Shown here piece by piece: positions 28,544 to 38,584 of a stretch of 64,000 nucleotides of DNA (position 1 is the stretch's first letter; every line of letters starts with the position of its first letter). The notes beneath the pieces were generated by a model, which saw only the letters and a list, made by a program, of their open reading frames with translations, ran no database searches and was not told the DNA's origin. Made by a program: the position numbers and the translations under genes. Source of the stretch: Candidatus Omnitrophota bacterium (lineage in GTDB: Bacteria > Omnitrophota > Gorgyraeia > B26-G9); the NCBI GenBank assembly GCA_043805415.1, contig JAZDHZ010000037.1, positions 6,949 through 70,948 of the forward strand, read 5' to 3'.

Positions 28544-30697
28544 TTAATACCTGTCCAGAAAATCTATGCTAATATCTGTGCCATTAGAAAGAGGGGTTGT
28601 AAATCCTCCGGGATTGCCGTCTACCATGATTTTAAGCTGCTTACCTCTTTGCGCTTCAATGCTTATAGGCAAACACTCTAAAACCTGTGAAACTGTGGGA
28701 GGCAAAGTAACTCCCGGACAGGTAACAATCTCGGCTCGGTCAATAATAAACTCTTCTGAACCAACAAGCTGTCCATTCATATAAATTTTACCCGGAGCAC
28801 CTTTTAAAACCTGCTTCTGTCCGTTTAAGATAACTTCTATATCTTTAGCGCTAGCTGGCATTTCAACAATATCTTTAATCTTGTAAAACACATACTGGTC
28901 TTTCTTAAATTCAATGATACTGCCGTCGGATAACTTAGAAGATAATTCCGCTTTCTGACCATTAATAAGCAGTAAAAAGCTGCTTTGCGATAATACTCTA
29001 GGCTCTTTATTCACTCGTACTACTATCTCTCTTACCTGCAGCTCGTCGGTATTAATCCCCATAAATTCTAAAACATCCCGCGCGGCAACATGCGCGGTAA
29101 ACTCAATAATTGCCCGGTCTTGTAAGTTAGCATCAATATCAACCAAAGCTCTATTCATGAAAACCTGAGGCATAATTTCAATATTTTTAGAATTAAACTG
29201 AACATTTAAAGGCTTAATTTTAACAACATCTCTTACTGTTGCCTTGGCATCTAAGCCATCAACCGCGTCTTTAAAAGCTATTTTATCTCCACTTTTTATT
29301 TTCGTTGTATGTTCAGCATGTTGATCATTAAGCTTAATTTCAGCAGGCTTACCCATCTGGCCTTTTATGACCTCTAAGCGCCCATTAACTTCAACACAAA
29401 TTGCCCGGCCAATTCTTCCGTATAACTTCATTTTATTAACACCAGCAACTACAAGCGCGCTCAAAACATCCAAACTTTGCTGCATGTCTAATACATTAAC
29501 CCTCTTTTCATTAACATATATTTCGAGAAATTTCAAGCCGCTAGAATTAGCCGTCATTATGCAAATCCCTAAAGGAGTAACCATCTCTGGTGTATTCAAT
29601 TTTCCGGATTTATCGACAATATTCGAAACCATTTCCGGCAAACGCACACCGATATTAGATAGATCAAGCGGAAAAGCGCGCGACAGTTCTTGGTCAAAAA
29701 GCGGAGTAAGACTTCCCCCGCCGACTAAAATAGCAGCATTAGGAACTTTTTGATTAAGCTCAAGTACGCGGCTGGCAATAGAATCCGCAAGCTTAGCAAC
29801 TCTAGGCTTGATAATATCCATAATATATTCTGACTCTATGTCATGCTCTTTGCCCAATATGTCTTTAAATAAGACTTTTTGCTGCGTGGATATCTGTTTT
29901 TTAATATTCTCCGCGCTATTAAAATCAAGAATGAATTTTTCGCAAATTAATTCCGTGATCTCATCGCCGGCTTCAGGAACCATCCCATAGGCAAATACAC
30001 TTCCATCTTTTGTAAGAGCTATATCCGAAGTTCCAGCACCTATATCTAAAAGAACTAGATTTAAGCGTCTTATGTCTTTAGGGATAATCGCGTTTAAAGC
30101 CGCTATCGGCTCAAGGGTAAGGTTACTTATTTCAAGATCTGCCCTGCGGAGTACGCTCAACATGCTATCAAGAACTACGCGAGGCAGAAAGGTAGCGATA
30201 ATCTCAACGCCCATATTCCGGCCAAAATGTCCTACCAGATCACCGATATTCTCATAATCAAGCTCATGACAAACAACACTATACCCTACGCAATAAAAAT
30301 CTTCATGGCCAATATCATTGTCCACATTCTTTAAAATACTACTAACCGCCTCTAAGTCTAGATTAAGCACATCATCTTCGGTAATTTCATTATTTAACGA
30401 AAGCTCTTTTGAAATTTTTGCCTTTACTGTCTTAAGCGCTCTGCCTGCTACCGCAACTCCTACCTTACGCAAAGACTGGCCTGCTCTTTTTTCTAATGTC
30501 TCTTTTATATTTCTTACTATTTTTGCCACTTCATTAATATTATGGATCTGTCCATCAAGCATTGTTCTGGTTTGATGCTCAACTTTTTCAACATCTAAAA
30601 TATGTATCGTGTCCCCATATTTTCTTGCAATGATTCCAACAACCTTGCGCGTACCTATATCCAAAGCAAAAATTAAATCATCATTGGGATTTTCCAT
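28544..30697 (-). CDS. FtsA-like actin-fold ATPase fused to a ~330-aa C-terminal region of four tandem beta-grasp (ThiS/MoaD-like) repeats
   Basis: 'FALDIGTRKVVGII', 'LVLLDIGAGTSDIAL', 'ILVGGGS' match the FtsA phosphate/adenosine motifs. The C-terminus has repeated 'V.(V/L)NGQ...(S/K).G..I.F' units. Start taken at the internal Met 'MENPND'. Last gene of the che operon. Confidence 0.55.
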   Translation of the reverse strand: MENPNDDLIFALDIGTRKVVGIIARKYGDTIHILDVEKVEHQTRTMLDGQIHNINEVAKIVRNIKETLEKRAGQSLRKVGVAVAGRALKTVKAKISKELSLNNEITEDDVLNLDLEAVSSILKNVDNDIGHEDFYCVGYSVVCHELDYENIGDLVGHFGRNMGVEIIATFLPRVVLDSMLSVLRRADLEISNLTLEPIAALNAIIPKDIRRLNLVLLDIGAGTSDIALTKDGSVFAYGMVPEAGDEITELICEKFILDFNSAENIKKQISTQQKVLFKDILGKEHDIESEYIMDIIKPRVAKLADSIASRVLELNQKVPNAAILVGGGSLTPLFDQELSRAFPLDLSNIGVRLPEMVSNIVDKSGKLNTPEMVTPLGICIMTANSSGLKFLEIYVNEKRVNVLDMQQSLDVLSALVVAGVNKMKLYGRIGRAICVEVNGRLEVIKGQMGKPAEIKLNDQHAEHTTKIKSGDKIAFKDAVDGLDAKATVRDVVKIKPLNVQFNSKNIEIMPQVFMNRALVDIDANLQDRAIIEFTAHVAARDVLEFMGINTDELQVREIVVRVNKEPRVLSQSSFLLLINGQKAELSSKLSDGSIIEFKKDQYVFYKIKDIVEMPASAKDIEVILNGQKQVLKGAPGKIYMNGQLVGSEEFIIDRAEIVTCPGVTLPPTVSQVLECLPISIEAQRGKQLKIMVDGNPGGFTTPLSNGTDISIDFLDRY

Positions 30698-30708
30698 AAT
30701 TATTTTCC

Positions 30709-31308
30709 TTACATCATGCCGATTGAAGTCAGTATTTTTTCCAAAGTTTCCGGCTTTGGCAAAAATAGCTGCGAACACTCAAGCTTCTGTTTCGATACAT
30801 ACAACTCTGTATCAACCAGAAAAACCTCATCCGCTATTTGACCGATCTCAACTAAAACAAAATTAAGCATTGCCCCCAGCATATCAAAAGCCATTGCTGG
30901 AACTGTTGCAACAGAACTCATGTTTACAAGTTGGCTAAGCGCGCTTAAATAAGAACCGCAAAGGATAGAGCCTACTTCTTTTAAAGCTGATTGAGCGATA
31001 TCAGTAGTCATGTCAATAGGCAGAGACTGTAATAATTTTTTCACAAAGAAAATAGCGGTTTCCTGAGAAAAAATAGTCAGCATTGTTCCTTTCATTTCTT
31101 TTTCTACTTCCAGATAAATAATATAAACCTGTTTTTCAGCTCCTCCCAGAGCTTCAGCAACATGTTCAAGTGGAATTACTTTTACTTCAGGAACACTAAT
31201 ATTGACTGTTTCCCCAATTAACTGAGCAAGCGAAGTTGCAGCATTCCCCGCTCCAATGTTTCCCATCTCTTTTAAAGCATCGAGCTGAACATTTGTTAAC
31301 TCAGCCAT
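30709..31308 (-). CDS. CheC-family chemotaxis phosphatase (CheC/CheX-like)
   Basis: Duplicated 'E(M/V)GNI.AGNAATSL' / 'EVGSILCGSYLSALS' CheC signatures. Confidence 0.7.
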   Translation of the reverse strand: MAELTNVQLDALKEMGNIGAGNAATSLAQLIGETVNISVPEVKVIPLEHVAEALGGAEKQVYIIYLEVEKEMKGTMLTIFSQETAIFFVKKLLQSLPIDMTTDIAQSALKEVGSILCGSYLSALSQLVNMSSVATVPAMAFDMLGAMLNFVLVEIGQIADEVFLVDTELYVSKQKLECSQLFLPKPETLEKILTSIGMM

Positions 31309-31383
31309 TTATTTTTCCTCCTTCATAAAGCATAAAATAAACTTAAAATTATTCGCTTGATTTAGCAATAATACTTGTCCGAT

Positions 31384-33414
31384 CTATCCCACTAATGACG
31401 CAACATCTAAGATTAAAGATACACTGCCATCCCCTAAAATTGTAGCGCCAGAAAACCCCTTTATCCCTTTTAATAAAGAACCCACAGTCTTAATTACAAC
31501 TTCTTGCTGTCCAACAACCCGATCAACAACTAATCCGGCTTTTTTACCCGCATTATCTACGACAACAATCGAAATTTCTTCAGAAGCAGTTTGTTCTTTT
31601 CTCGCGGGCACCCCTAATATTTTCTCTAATCGAATAAGCGGCAGAACCTCATCCCTTAAATTAATTACTTCAAATTTCTCTATATGTTTAATCCTCTTTA
31701 TAGAAACCTTAACTGTTTCTACAATACTTGCTATTGGCGTTGCGTATATTTCTTTATTGATTTCTACCAGCATTGCCCGGATTATCGCGACTGTAAGCGG
31801 TAATTTTAGCTTAAAATTACTCCCTTTCCCAACTTCTGAATCAAAAACTAAGCTTCCGCCAAGCGCTTCAATCTTCATTCTTACAACATCCATGCCAACC
31901 CCGCGGCCGGAGGTATCTGTTATCTCAGCAGTTGAGCTAAAACCTGGCAGAGTTATAATATTAAGCATCTCTCTATCGCTAAGCTTGGCAATCTCATCTT
32001 CTGTCATAAAGCCTTTTTTTAAAGCAACTTGTCTCAGAGTATCAGGATCTATACCTTTTCCATCATCAGATACTTCAATTAAAACAAAAGTCCTTTCTCG
32101 ATACGCGCTCAAGCGTATGGTACCCACTGGATTTTTATTGTTTTCTTTTCGTACATTAGGCAACTCTATGCCATGGTCAACCCCATTGCGCAAAAGATGA
32201 ACCAAGGGATCGGCTATTTCATCAAGCACAGTTCTATCTAGCTCTATTTCTCCTCCGGAAACATCAAAATTTATTTGTTTTTTTTCGCTTCTAGCTAAAT
32301 CCCTTACCATGCGCGGAAATCGATCAAATACTTGAGCCATGGGAATAAGTCTGGCCTGCATTACTTCGTCCTGCAAATCTCCTGTCAGACGGTCAATATT
32401 GGTTAATATCTCATTTAAAGGCTGTAAATGGTGAGTCTGAGCAATCTGCATTAAGCGGATTTTAGAAATAACCAGCTCTCCGACAAAATTCATCAATTTA
32501 TCTAGACGCTGAGTAGTAACTCTAATGCTCTGGATTTTTTTAAACCCAAACTGCCTTGCCAAATCCTTTTGCTGCGCTGGCTCAGAATCAGAATAAATTT
32601 TCTTAGCTTTATCGATAACCTTAACTTTATCTACAACCTTAGCTTCTTGGGGTTTTTCCAAGTTTAGCTGATCAATATCTTTTATTTGGGTCAATTCTAC
32701 TTTTTCAACTTCCATCACTTGGCCCAATATTTGCCCTATTTTTTTGCTCAAGCTATTTGTCATAAACAGCAAAGAAAAAGATAATCCAAAGTGATTTGAT
32801 TCTAACTCTTCACTTGTCGGAACAGATTTAATTATTTCTCCTATTGAATTTAGCTTATTAAAAACCATAAACGCGCGCACAGATTTTAATTGGCAATCCT
32901 TGCTCAGAGAAATATCAATTTTATAAATCTTTATCTCTTTATTTTTAATTACAGACAAAAGATGTTCTTTTTCAAGTTTAGATATTAAAAGCTCTCTTTT
33001 TTTATCTACTTCCATATCTAAATCTACTGCGGAGAGATTAGGGGTAACGCTTTGAAGCTGTAATATAATCGATTCTATGTCGAGGTTAAGATTTTCACCT
33101 GTTTTGATTTCTTCAAGAAGCATCTGAAGGATATCTAAACAACTAAAAAGTTTATCAACTACTTCTGAAGTAACTGGAAGCTTTTGGCTTCGAAATATAT
33201 CAAGCACATCTTCCATTTTGTGCGTAAGCCTTGTCAAAGATTCAAATCCCATTGTCGCGGACATGCCTTTTAAGGTATGCGCACTGCGGAAGATTTCATT
33301 TAAAATAGCTAAATTATCTGGATCTTTTTCAAGACTAAGCACGGAATTATTAATAATCTGCAAATGTTCTTCAGATTCCGCGACAAATAGTTCCTTATAT
33401 TGCTCTACTCCCAT
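31384..33414 (-). CDS. cheA: chemotaxis histidine kinase CheA
   Basis: Hpt 'SAHTLKGMSATMGF', an HATPase_c region and a C-terminal CheW-like domain. Confidence 0.9.
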   Translation of the reverse strand: MGVEQYKELFVAESEEHLQIINNSVLSLEKDPDNLAILNEIFRSAHTLKGMSATMGFESLTRLTHKMEDVLDIFRSQKLPVTSEVVDKLFSCLDILQMLLEEIKTGENLNLDIESIILQLQSVTPNLSAVDLDMEVDKKRELLISKLEKEHLLSVIKNKEIKIYKIDISLSKDCQLKSVRAFMVFNKLNSIGEIIKSVPTSEELESNHFGLSFSLLFMTNSLSKKIGQILGQVMEVEKVELTQIKDIDQLNLEKPQEAKVVDKVKVIDKAKKIYSDSEPAQQKDLARQFGFKKIQSIRVTTQRLDKLMNFVGELVISKIRLMQIAQTHHLQPLNEILTNIDRLTGDLQDEVMQARLIPMAQVFDRFPRMVRDLARSEKKQINFDVSGGEIELDRTVLDEIADPLVHLLRNGVDHGIELPNVRKENNKNPVGTIRLSAYRERTFVLIEVSDDGKGIDPDTLRQVALKKGFMTEDEIAKLSDREMLNIITLPGFSSTAEITDTSGRGVGMDVVRMKIEALGGSLVFDSEVGKGSNFKLKLPLTVAIIRAMLVEINKEIYATPIASIVETVKVSIKRIKHIEKFEVINLRDEVLPLIRLEKILGVPARKEQTASEEISIVVVDNAGKKAGLVVDRVVGQQEVVIKTVGSLLKGIKGFSGATILGDGSVSLILDVASLVG

Positions 33415-33429
33415 AAGGTAAAATCCTTC

Positions 33430-34470
33430 TTATATGCTAATCTGTTTCATTATTTCAATCCCCATATAACCAAGAGGAATAACTTTATCCACAACCCCCT
33501 CTTGGATAGCGATACGCGGCATTCCAAAAACAACACAGGTAGATTCATCCTCCGCTAACGTAACCCCGCCAACTCTTTTAATGTTTCTCATCCCCTCCAC
33601 GCCGTCTTGGCCCATTCCTGTTAGCAAAACTCCAAGAGTTCTACTGCCAAAGCACTCAGCTACAGAGTTCATCATAACTGTTACTGAAGGCCGGACGCTA
33701 TGCACTTTAGGCCCAGCATTAAGCCTTATTGTCGGGGTATAGTTTTCCATCAAAACAACCATATGAAAATCTCCCGGAGCTACATACGCTACTCCCTGCT
33801 CCACAATATCTCCATCCTCAGCTTCCTTTACTTTAATTTTTGAAATCCAATCCAAGCGTTTTGCCATTGATTTAGTAAAAGCCGCTGGCATATGCTGTAC
33901 AATTAAAAAAGCCGCCTCAGCCTCAGCCGATAAATACGGCAATATTTCTTTTATTGCTTTTGGTCCACCGGTTGATGCTCCAATGGCAACAATATGTTTT
34001 AATTTAGAATCTTGTTTTTTCGGTGCTTCAGATTTGCGCAATATTCTATTAAAAAAAGCCTGGACTCTTTTAACATCCACAGTGCTTGCTAATTTAACTT
34101 TACGGATGATTTCTTTACTCATTATATCAATATCAACTGAAATTTCTCCCCCAGGTTTCAGGACAGTATCAACTGCTCCTAATTCCGCGGCTTTTAACGC
34201 ATTCGCGCTGCCGGGGGCAACATTAGCGCTAACAATTACAACTGGGGTCGGAATTTCATTCATTATATATGTTAATGCGGTTAATCCATCGATATCAGGC
34301 ATTTCAATATCCATAGTGATTACATCTGGTTTTAGCTGCACAACTTTTTTAATTGCGTCCGCGCCGGTTTTAGCAAAGTCAATAACTTCAATATCTTTAT
34401 CAGATTCCAAGATATCTGTTATTTTTCTGCGCATCAATGCTGAATCATCCACAACTAGAACCCTAATCAT
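33430..34470 (-). CDS. cheB: chemotaxis response regulator protein-glutamate methylesterase CheB
   Basis: Receiver 'VLVVDDSALMRR', and the methylesterase domain with its 'GASTGGP' motif. Confidence 0.9.
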   Translation of the reverse strand: MIRVLVVDDSALMRRKITDILESDKDIEVIDFAKTGADAIKKVVQLKPDVITMDIEMPDIDGLTALTYIMNEIPTPVVIVSANVAPGSANALKAAELGAVDTVLKPGGEISVDIDIMSKEIIRKVKLASTVDVKRVQAFFNRILRKSEAPKKQDSKLKHIVAIGASTGGPKAIKEILPYLSAEAEAAFLIVQHMPAAFTKSMAKRLDWISKIKVKEAEDGDIVEQGVAYVAPGDFHMVVLMENYTPTIRLNAGPKVHSVRPSVTVMMNSVAECFGSRTLGVLLTGMGQDGVEGMRNIKRVGGVTLAEDESTCVVFGMPRIAIQEGVVDKVIPLGYMGIEIMKQISI

Positions 34471-34988
34471 AATATTTTTTCTCCATGATTGATCGTTCGA
34501 ACGCGCACTTCACCATTAGAAAGATAAAAATATATAGACCGACCGTAGGAACCTCCCACATCTTCTCCAACCAGTCTAATTCGCAAATCCTTGAGCACAG
34601 CCTTTACTTGTTCCACATTCCGAACACCCACATTAAAAACTTTATTAGCTTTAGCAAAACCAAACATATGAGCCCCGCCCATAATTTTTGCTTTTATAAA
34701 CCGTCTTTCGGCACCCTGCGCTTCTAGTTTTTCTAATAAATCAGGGATCGCCGTATTCGCAAATTTTGCGCGGTTAGTTTTATTTTTTACCGCATCTACA
34801 TCTGGAAGCATTATATGGGCAAGCCCACCGATCTTTGTTTTTGGATAGTATAAAGATATCCCTACGCAAGAGCCCAAACCTAAAGAAGTAAGCACAGTTG
34901 GAGAATTAGCAATTTTCATATCTGCCATGCCAACATGAATTTCTTCTGCTGGGTTGTATTCATTAGCATCCATTAATTTATTCTCCAA
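34467..34988 (-). CDS. cheD: chemoreceptor glutamine deamidase CheD
   Basis: 'GLGSCVGISLY' catalytic Cys region. Confidence 0.85.
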   Translation of the reverse strand: MENKLMDANEYNPAEEIHVGMADMKIANSPTVLTSLGLGSCVGISLYYPKTKIGGLAHIMLPDVDAVKNKTNRAKFANTAIPDLLEKLEAQGAERRFIKAKIMGGAHMFGFAKANKVFNVGVRNVEQVKAVLKDLRIRLVGEDVGGSYGRSIYFYLSNGEVRVRTINHGEKIL

Positions 34989-35589
34989 TCGCTTTTAAAA
35001 TTAATTCTAAACTTCCAGAATTTGGCAATAAAAAGAAATGCCCTTGAACGCTTTTTTTGGCATCAATAAATACTGAATCAAGTAACAACGCGTATTCCGT
35101 AACCGCACTAAGTTCTATTAATATGTAATCAACAAGCGCGCCAGCCATATCAATCAAAATTCCAGGGGTAGATGGGATAAGACCTAATTTAGTCACCGTA
35201 GAAAGAGTATTAAGATAAGCAGCAGCTAGAATACTTCCAGCCTCCTTGATAGCTGACTGATCCATCTCAGTTAAAACTCCATTTTCAGCTGTTTTTCCAG
35301 TAAGTATTCCCGCGAGAATTCGAGCATCCTGCTGAGAAAACAATAAAAGCACAATCCCAGGAGCATCGCCAAATACTTGAAACACAACACTAACAACCAA
35401 TGTCTCGGCACCGCCCACCGCGTTTGGCACTTCTGCAATAGGTATAAAATGAACGCTGGGCACGTTCATTTCTATTTTTTTATTCAGTAACTGAGAAAGT
35501 GAAGTCGCAGCATTTCCAGCACATATATTGGCTATTTCCTTGAGAAGATCTTTCTCATGGGCATCTAAAACAATTTTTTTCTTTAACAA
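34978..35589 (-). CDS. cheC: chemotaxis phosphatase CheC
   Basis: 'EIANICAGNAATSLSQL' and 'EAGSILAAAYLNTLS' duplicated CheC motifs. Adjacent to cheD. Confidence 0.8.
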   Translation of the reverse strand: MLKKKIVLDAHEKDLLKEIANICAGNAATSLSQLLNKKIEMNVPSVHFIPIAEVPNAVGGAETLVVSVVFQVFGDAPGIVLLLFSQQDARILAGILTGKTAENGVLTEMDQSAIKEAGSILAAAYLNTLSTVTKLGLIPSTPGILIDMAGALVDYILIELSAVTEYALLLDSVFIDAKKSVQGHFFLLPNSGSLELILKAIGE

Positions 35590-35657
35590 ATTATAAACAC
35601 CCTATTTAATTTGATTTGATTTAATTATACAAGAAAAATTAGTGGTGTTTTCAGTGA

Positions 35658-36032
35658 TTAGCTTTCAAGTACCCGTTTTGCTGCTTCAAGAACACGTGAA
35701 GGCTGAAACGGTTTAGTAACAAAGTCTTTTGCTCCTGCCTGAATAGCTTCTACAACTAAAGCATGCTGCCCCATAGCACTTACCATAAGAATCTTTGCCT
35801 TTTCATCTTTTTCCATTATTTCCTTAACGGCTCCGATTCCATCAATATCTCCAACCTTCGGCATGACAATATCCATAGTAACTAAATCAGGTTTAAGCTC
35901 TAAATATTTTGTTACAGCTTCTTTCCCGTTTTCAGCTTCTCCGACAACCTCATATCCTTCTTTTTTGAGTATATCTCCAATCATTTTACGCATAAAAACA
36001 GCATCATCAACAACTAAAACTTTTACTCCCAT
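35658..36032 (-). CDS. cheY: chemotaxis response regulator CheY
   Basis: 124-aa single receiver domain, 'VLVVDD...DLVTMDIVMP'. Confidence 0.85.
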   Translation of the reverse strand: MGVKVLVVDDAVFMRKMIGDILKKEGYEVVGEAENGKEAVTKYLELKPDLVTMDIVMPKVGDIDGIGAVKEIMEKDEKAKILMVSAMGQHALVVEAIQAGAKDFVTKPFQPSRVLEAAKRVLES

Positions 36033-36061
36033 CTTGAAACGCTCCTTCCTTTTCAGTTACT

Positions 36062-36564
36062 CTATTTTTTTTCCATACCTTCTTTTAAAATATCCGGTTT
36101 TGCCACATGTTTTATTTCATCAACACTTAAAACCTCATTTAAATCAAGCAATATCAATAGTCGATCATCACTTTTTCCCACACCCCGCAAATATTTTTCA
36201 TGGACCTCTGTCTCTATAAGCGAGGGAGTATCTTCTATATTATCTTCCGACAACCGCAAAACTTCTGAAACAGAATCAACTATCATTCCTACTATATTTC
36301 ACCAATCTCTACAACCATAATCCTGGTAGAGTCAGTGCGTCCCGCAGAAGGCAAATCTAATCTTCTCGATAGGTCAATAACCGTGATGATCTGGCCTCTT
36401 AGATTAACAACCCCTTCAATAAACGCGGGGGATTTTGGCATTCGAGTAATAGAAACCAGTTTAACAATTTCCCTTACCTGGTTAATTTCTACCCCAAATT
36501 CTTCTTCCCCGATTTTAAAAACAACCAGCTGAATTTCACCGCTGCCCTTTTTATTTTCAGACAT
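36062..36564 (-). pseudogene. cheW: cheW interrupted by a stop codon plus frame change (two ORFs covering the N- and C-halves of CheW)
   Basis: ORF 36292-36564 ends '...IMVVEIGEI*'. ORF 36062-36286 begins 'MIVDSVSEVLRLS'. Together they reconstitute a CheW domain missing about 4-5 residues. TAG at 36292-36294 is followed by 5 nt and then an ATG in another frame. Confidence 0.6.
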
Positions 36565-36610
36565 TTTTTATGCCTCCCAACTTAATAATCAGATGATTAA
36601 TAATCAATTT

Positions 36611-38320
36611 TTATTGCTTCTTTAATTGAAATTTATTCACAAGCCCTTGTAAATCTAAAGCTAAACGAGCTAATTCTTCAGCAGAAGCAGTAAGTTCTTC
36701 CATTGAAGCAGTCTGTTCTTCCGCGGAACTTGAAGCTTCCTCAGTCGCGGATGCCGATTCTTCCGCGACTACCGCGACTTCATCCACAGCTTTAACTATT
36801 TTTTCAGAATCAGCTAGCTGCTGTTGTGTAGCATCAGTAATCTCATCTACCATTGATGATGAGGTTCTCACCGCATTAATAATTTCCGCAAGAGCTTCTG
36901 AGACCCGCGATACAATTAAAGCGCCTTCAGCCACTTCTTTTGTTCCGGCTTCTATTGAACTTACCGCTTTAGGTGTTTCAACCTGAATACCTTTTATAAG
37001 ACTTCCAATCCTGCGCGCTGCCTCAGCAGAACCTTCAGCTAATTTTCTAACCTCTTCGGCTACCACAGCAAAACCTCTTCCCGCGTCTCCAGCTCTTGCT
37101 GCTTCAATTGCCGCGTTTAAAGCAAGCAGGTTTGTCTGATCAGCAATATTTGTAATTGTTTCGGTAATCTGACCTATCTGCTGCGACTTTTCTCCTAATG
37201 AAGAAATTACTGCCGCGGCATTAGAAACAGTTGTTTTTATTTTATTCATTTTTTCTACAGCTTCCGCGGTAGCATACCCGCCACTTTGCGCCTGTTCAAG
37301 GGACTTCTCTGAAGACTTTGTCGCGGAGGTTGCATTATCAGCAACACGCCGTACTGAATCAGACAAGCCTTCCATAAGCCTTGAAGTATCTTCTACGCGC
37401 TTTGCCTGTGTAGTAACTCCCTTAGCTATCTTCTGGATAGTAGAAGAAATTTCCTGGGTAGAAGCATTCATCTCTTTTGATGAAGTAGAAATCTCTTGGG
37501 CAAAACTAGAAACCTTTGCCGCGAGATCTTTAATATGACTTACCATATTATGAAGGTTTTTTATAATCGCGTTATAAGCTACAGTAAGTTTTCCTATTTC
37601 GTCTTCTGAATTATTCTCAACTGTTTGAGTCAAATCACCTCTTACCGCAGGCTCACTAGCTTTTACTAAAATATTAATTGGTTTAATAACTAATTTTCTA
37701 AGCAAAATCGTAACCAGAACACTGATTAAAATTATACTCAACAACGCGATTATTATCCCTCGATTTACTGTAACGCTAGTTGCTTTCTTTACATTCTCCC
37801 ACTCTAGTTCAACACCAAGCAGACCGAGAACTTTTACTTTCTTCCCATGACAAGTATTACAAACTTCGTCATTATAAACAGGAATATAAGTTACAAAAAC
37901 TTTTTTACCGCTCTGATCTTCTTTAGCTTTTAATTTTTGTAATTTATCCCCGTTGCCATTAGCCTCAATAGCACTAACGATTCCCATAAAATCAATCTTT
38001 TGCCCGATTTTATCATTATCCGTAGAACGCTTAATTTCACCTTCGTTATTAGCTAAAAATAAGAATACAATTTGTTTTTCATTAGCAAAGTAATTAAAAA
38101 TTGTCTGAACAATTTCCTGCTCCCCGGCAAGCATTGGATAAGAAATAGCATTAAGGATACTATTGCTTAAGGTGCCGGCAAGCGCCTTTTCCTGGTTTAT
38201 CAGCAAATTAGTTTGAGATCTGATATTAATCATTGCAGTTAGCCCTAAAACAACAAACAATGCGATTCCCACAGAAAAAATTATCTTGAACTCTAGATTT
38301 TTTGGCAAAAATTTAAACAT
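36611..38320 (-). CDS. methyl-accepting chemotaxis protein with periplasmic sensor carrying a CXXCH heme-c motif
   Basis: Two TM segments flank a periplasmic domain of about 170 aa containing 'CNTCH' (37847-37861). A HAMP domain and an MCP signalling domain with methylation heptads follow. Confidence 0.85.
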   Translation of the reverse strand: MFKFLPKNLEFKIIFSVGIALFVVLGLTAMINIRSQTNLLINQEKALAGTLSNSILNAISYPMLAGEQEIVQTIFNYFANEKQIVFLFLANNEGEIKRSTDNDKIGQKIDFMGIVSAIEANGNGDKLQKLKAKEDQSGKKVFVTYIPVYNDEVCNTCHGKKVKVLGLLGVELEWENVKKATSVTVNRGIIIALLSIILISVLVTILLRKLVIKPINILVKASEPAVRGDLTQTVENNSEDEIGKLTVAYNAIIKNLHNMVSHIKDLAAKVSSFAQEISTSSKEMNASTQEISSTIQKIAKGVTTQAKRVEDTSRLMEGLSDSVRRVADNATSATKSSEKSLEQAQSGGYATAEAVEKMNKIKTTVSNAAAVISSLGEKSQQIGQITETITNIADQTNLLALNAAIEAARAGDAGRGFAVVAEEVRKLAEGSAEAARRIGSLIKGIQVETPKAVSSIEAGTKEVAEGALIVSRVSEALAEIINAVRTSSSMVDEITDATQQQLADSEKIVKAVDEVAVVAEESASATEEASSSAEEQTASMEELTASAEELARLALDLQGLVNKFQLKKQ

Positions 38321-38534
38321 TTACCCCCCCTTTTATTTTTTACTGAACAAACTGCAAGAGCATAAGTTGCGATATTATTTATAATACTCAAAAATACCTT
38401 TAGTGTCAAGCATAAAATCCTTAATATCGCAATAATTTAATAAAACAAACCTGTTTTAAAATTAAAAAAATACAAGTACTTAAATTAACATTTTGAAAAG
38501 CAAGGCAAAGTAACAATAAATTAAAGCTTTAATA

Positions 38535-38570
38535 TAAAAAAAGCCCCCGCTTCCTAAGAAGCGAGGGCTT
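38535..38570 (-). terminator. rho-independent terminator downstream of the porin-like gene
   Basis: GC-rich stem 'agccctcgcttc...gaagcgggggct' followed by a T-run on the - strand. Confidence 0.6.
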
Positions 38571-38584
38571 TATATTCGTTTGTT

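Noticed and set aside
33983-34492. 169-aa + strand ORF inside cheB
   Set aside because: Entirely antisense to a confidently identified cheB. Serine/isoleucine-rich with no motifs.
38321-38584. Sigma-28 (FliA) type promoter upstream of the MCP/che operon
   Set aside because: Looked for TAAA-N15-GCCGATAA. No convincing match in the AT-rich spacer, so a promoter class cannot be called from sequence alone.
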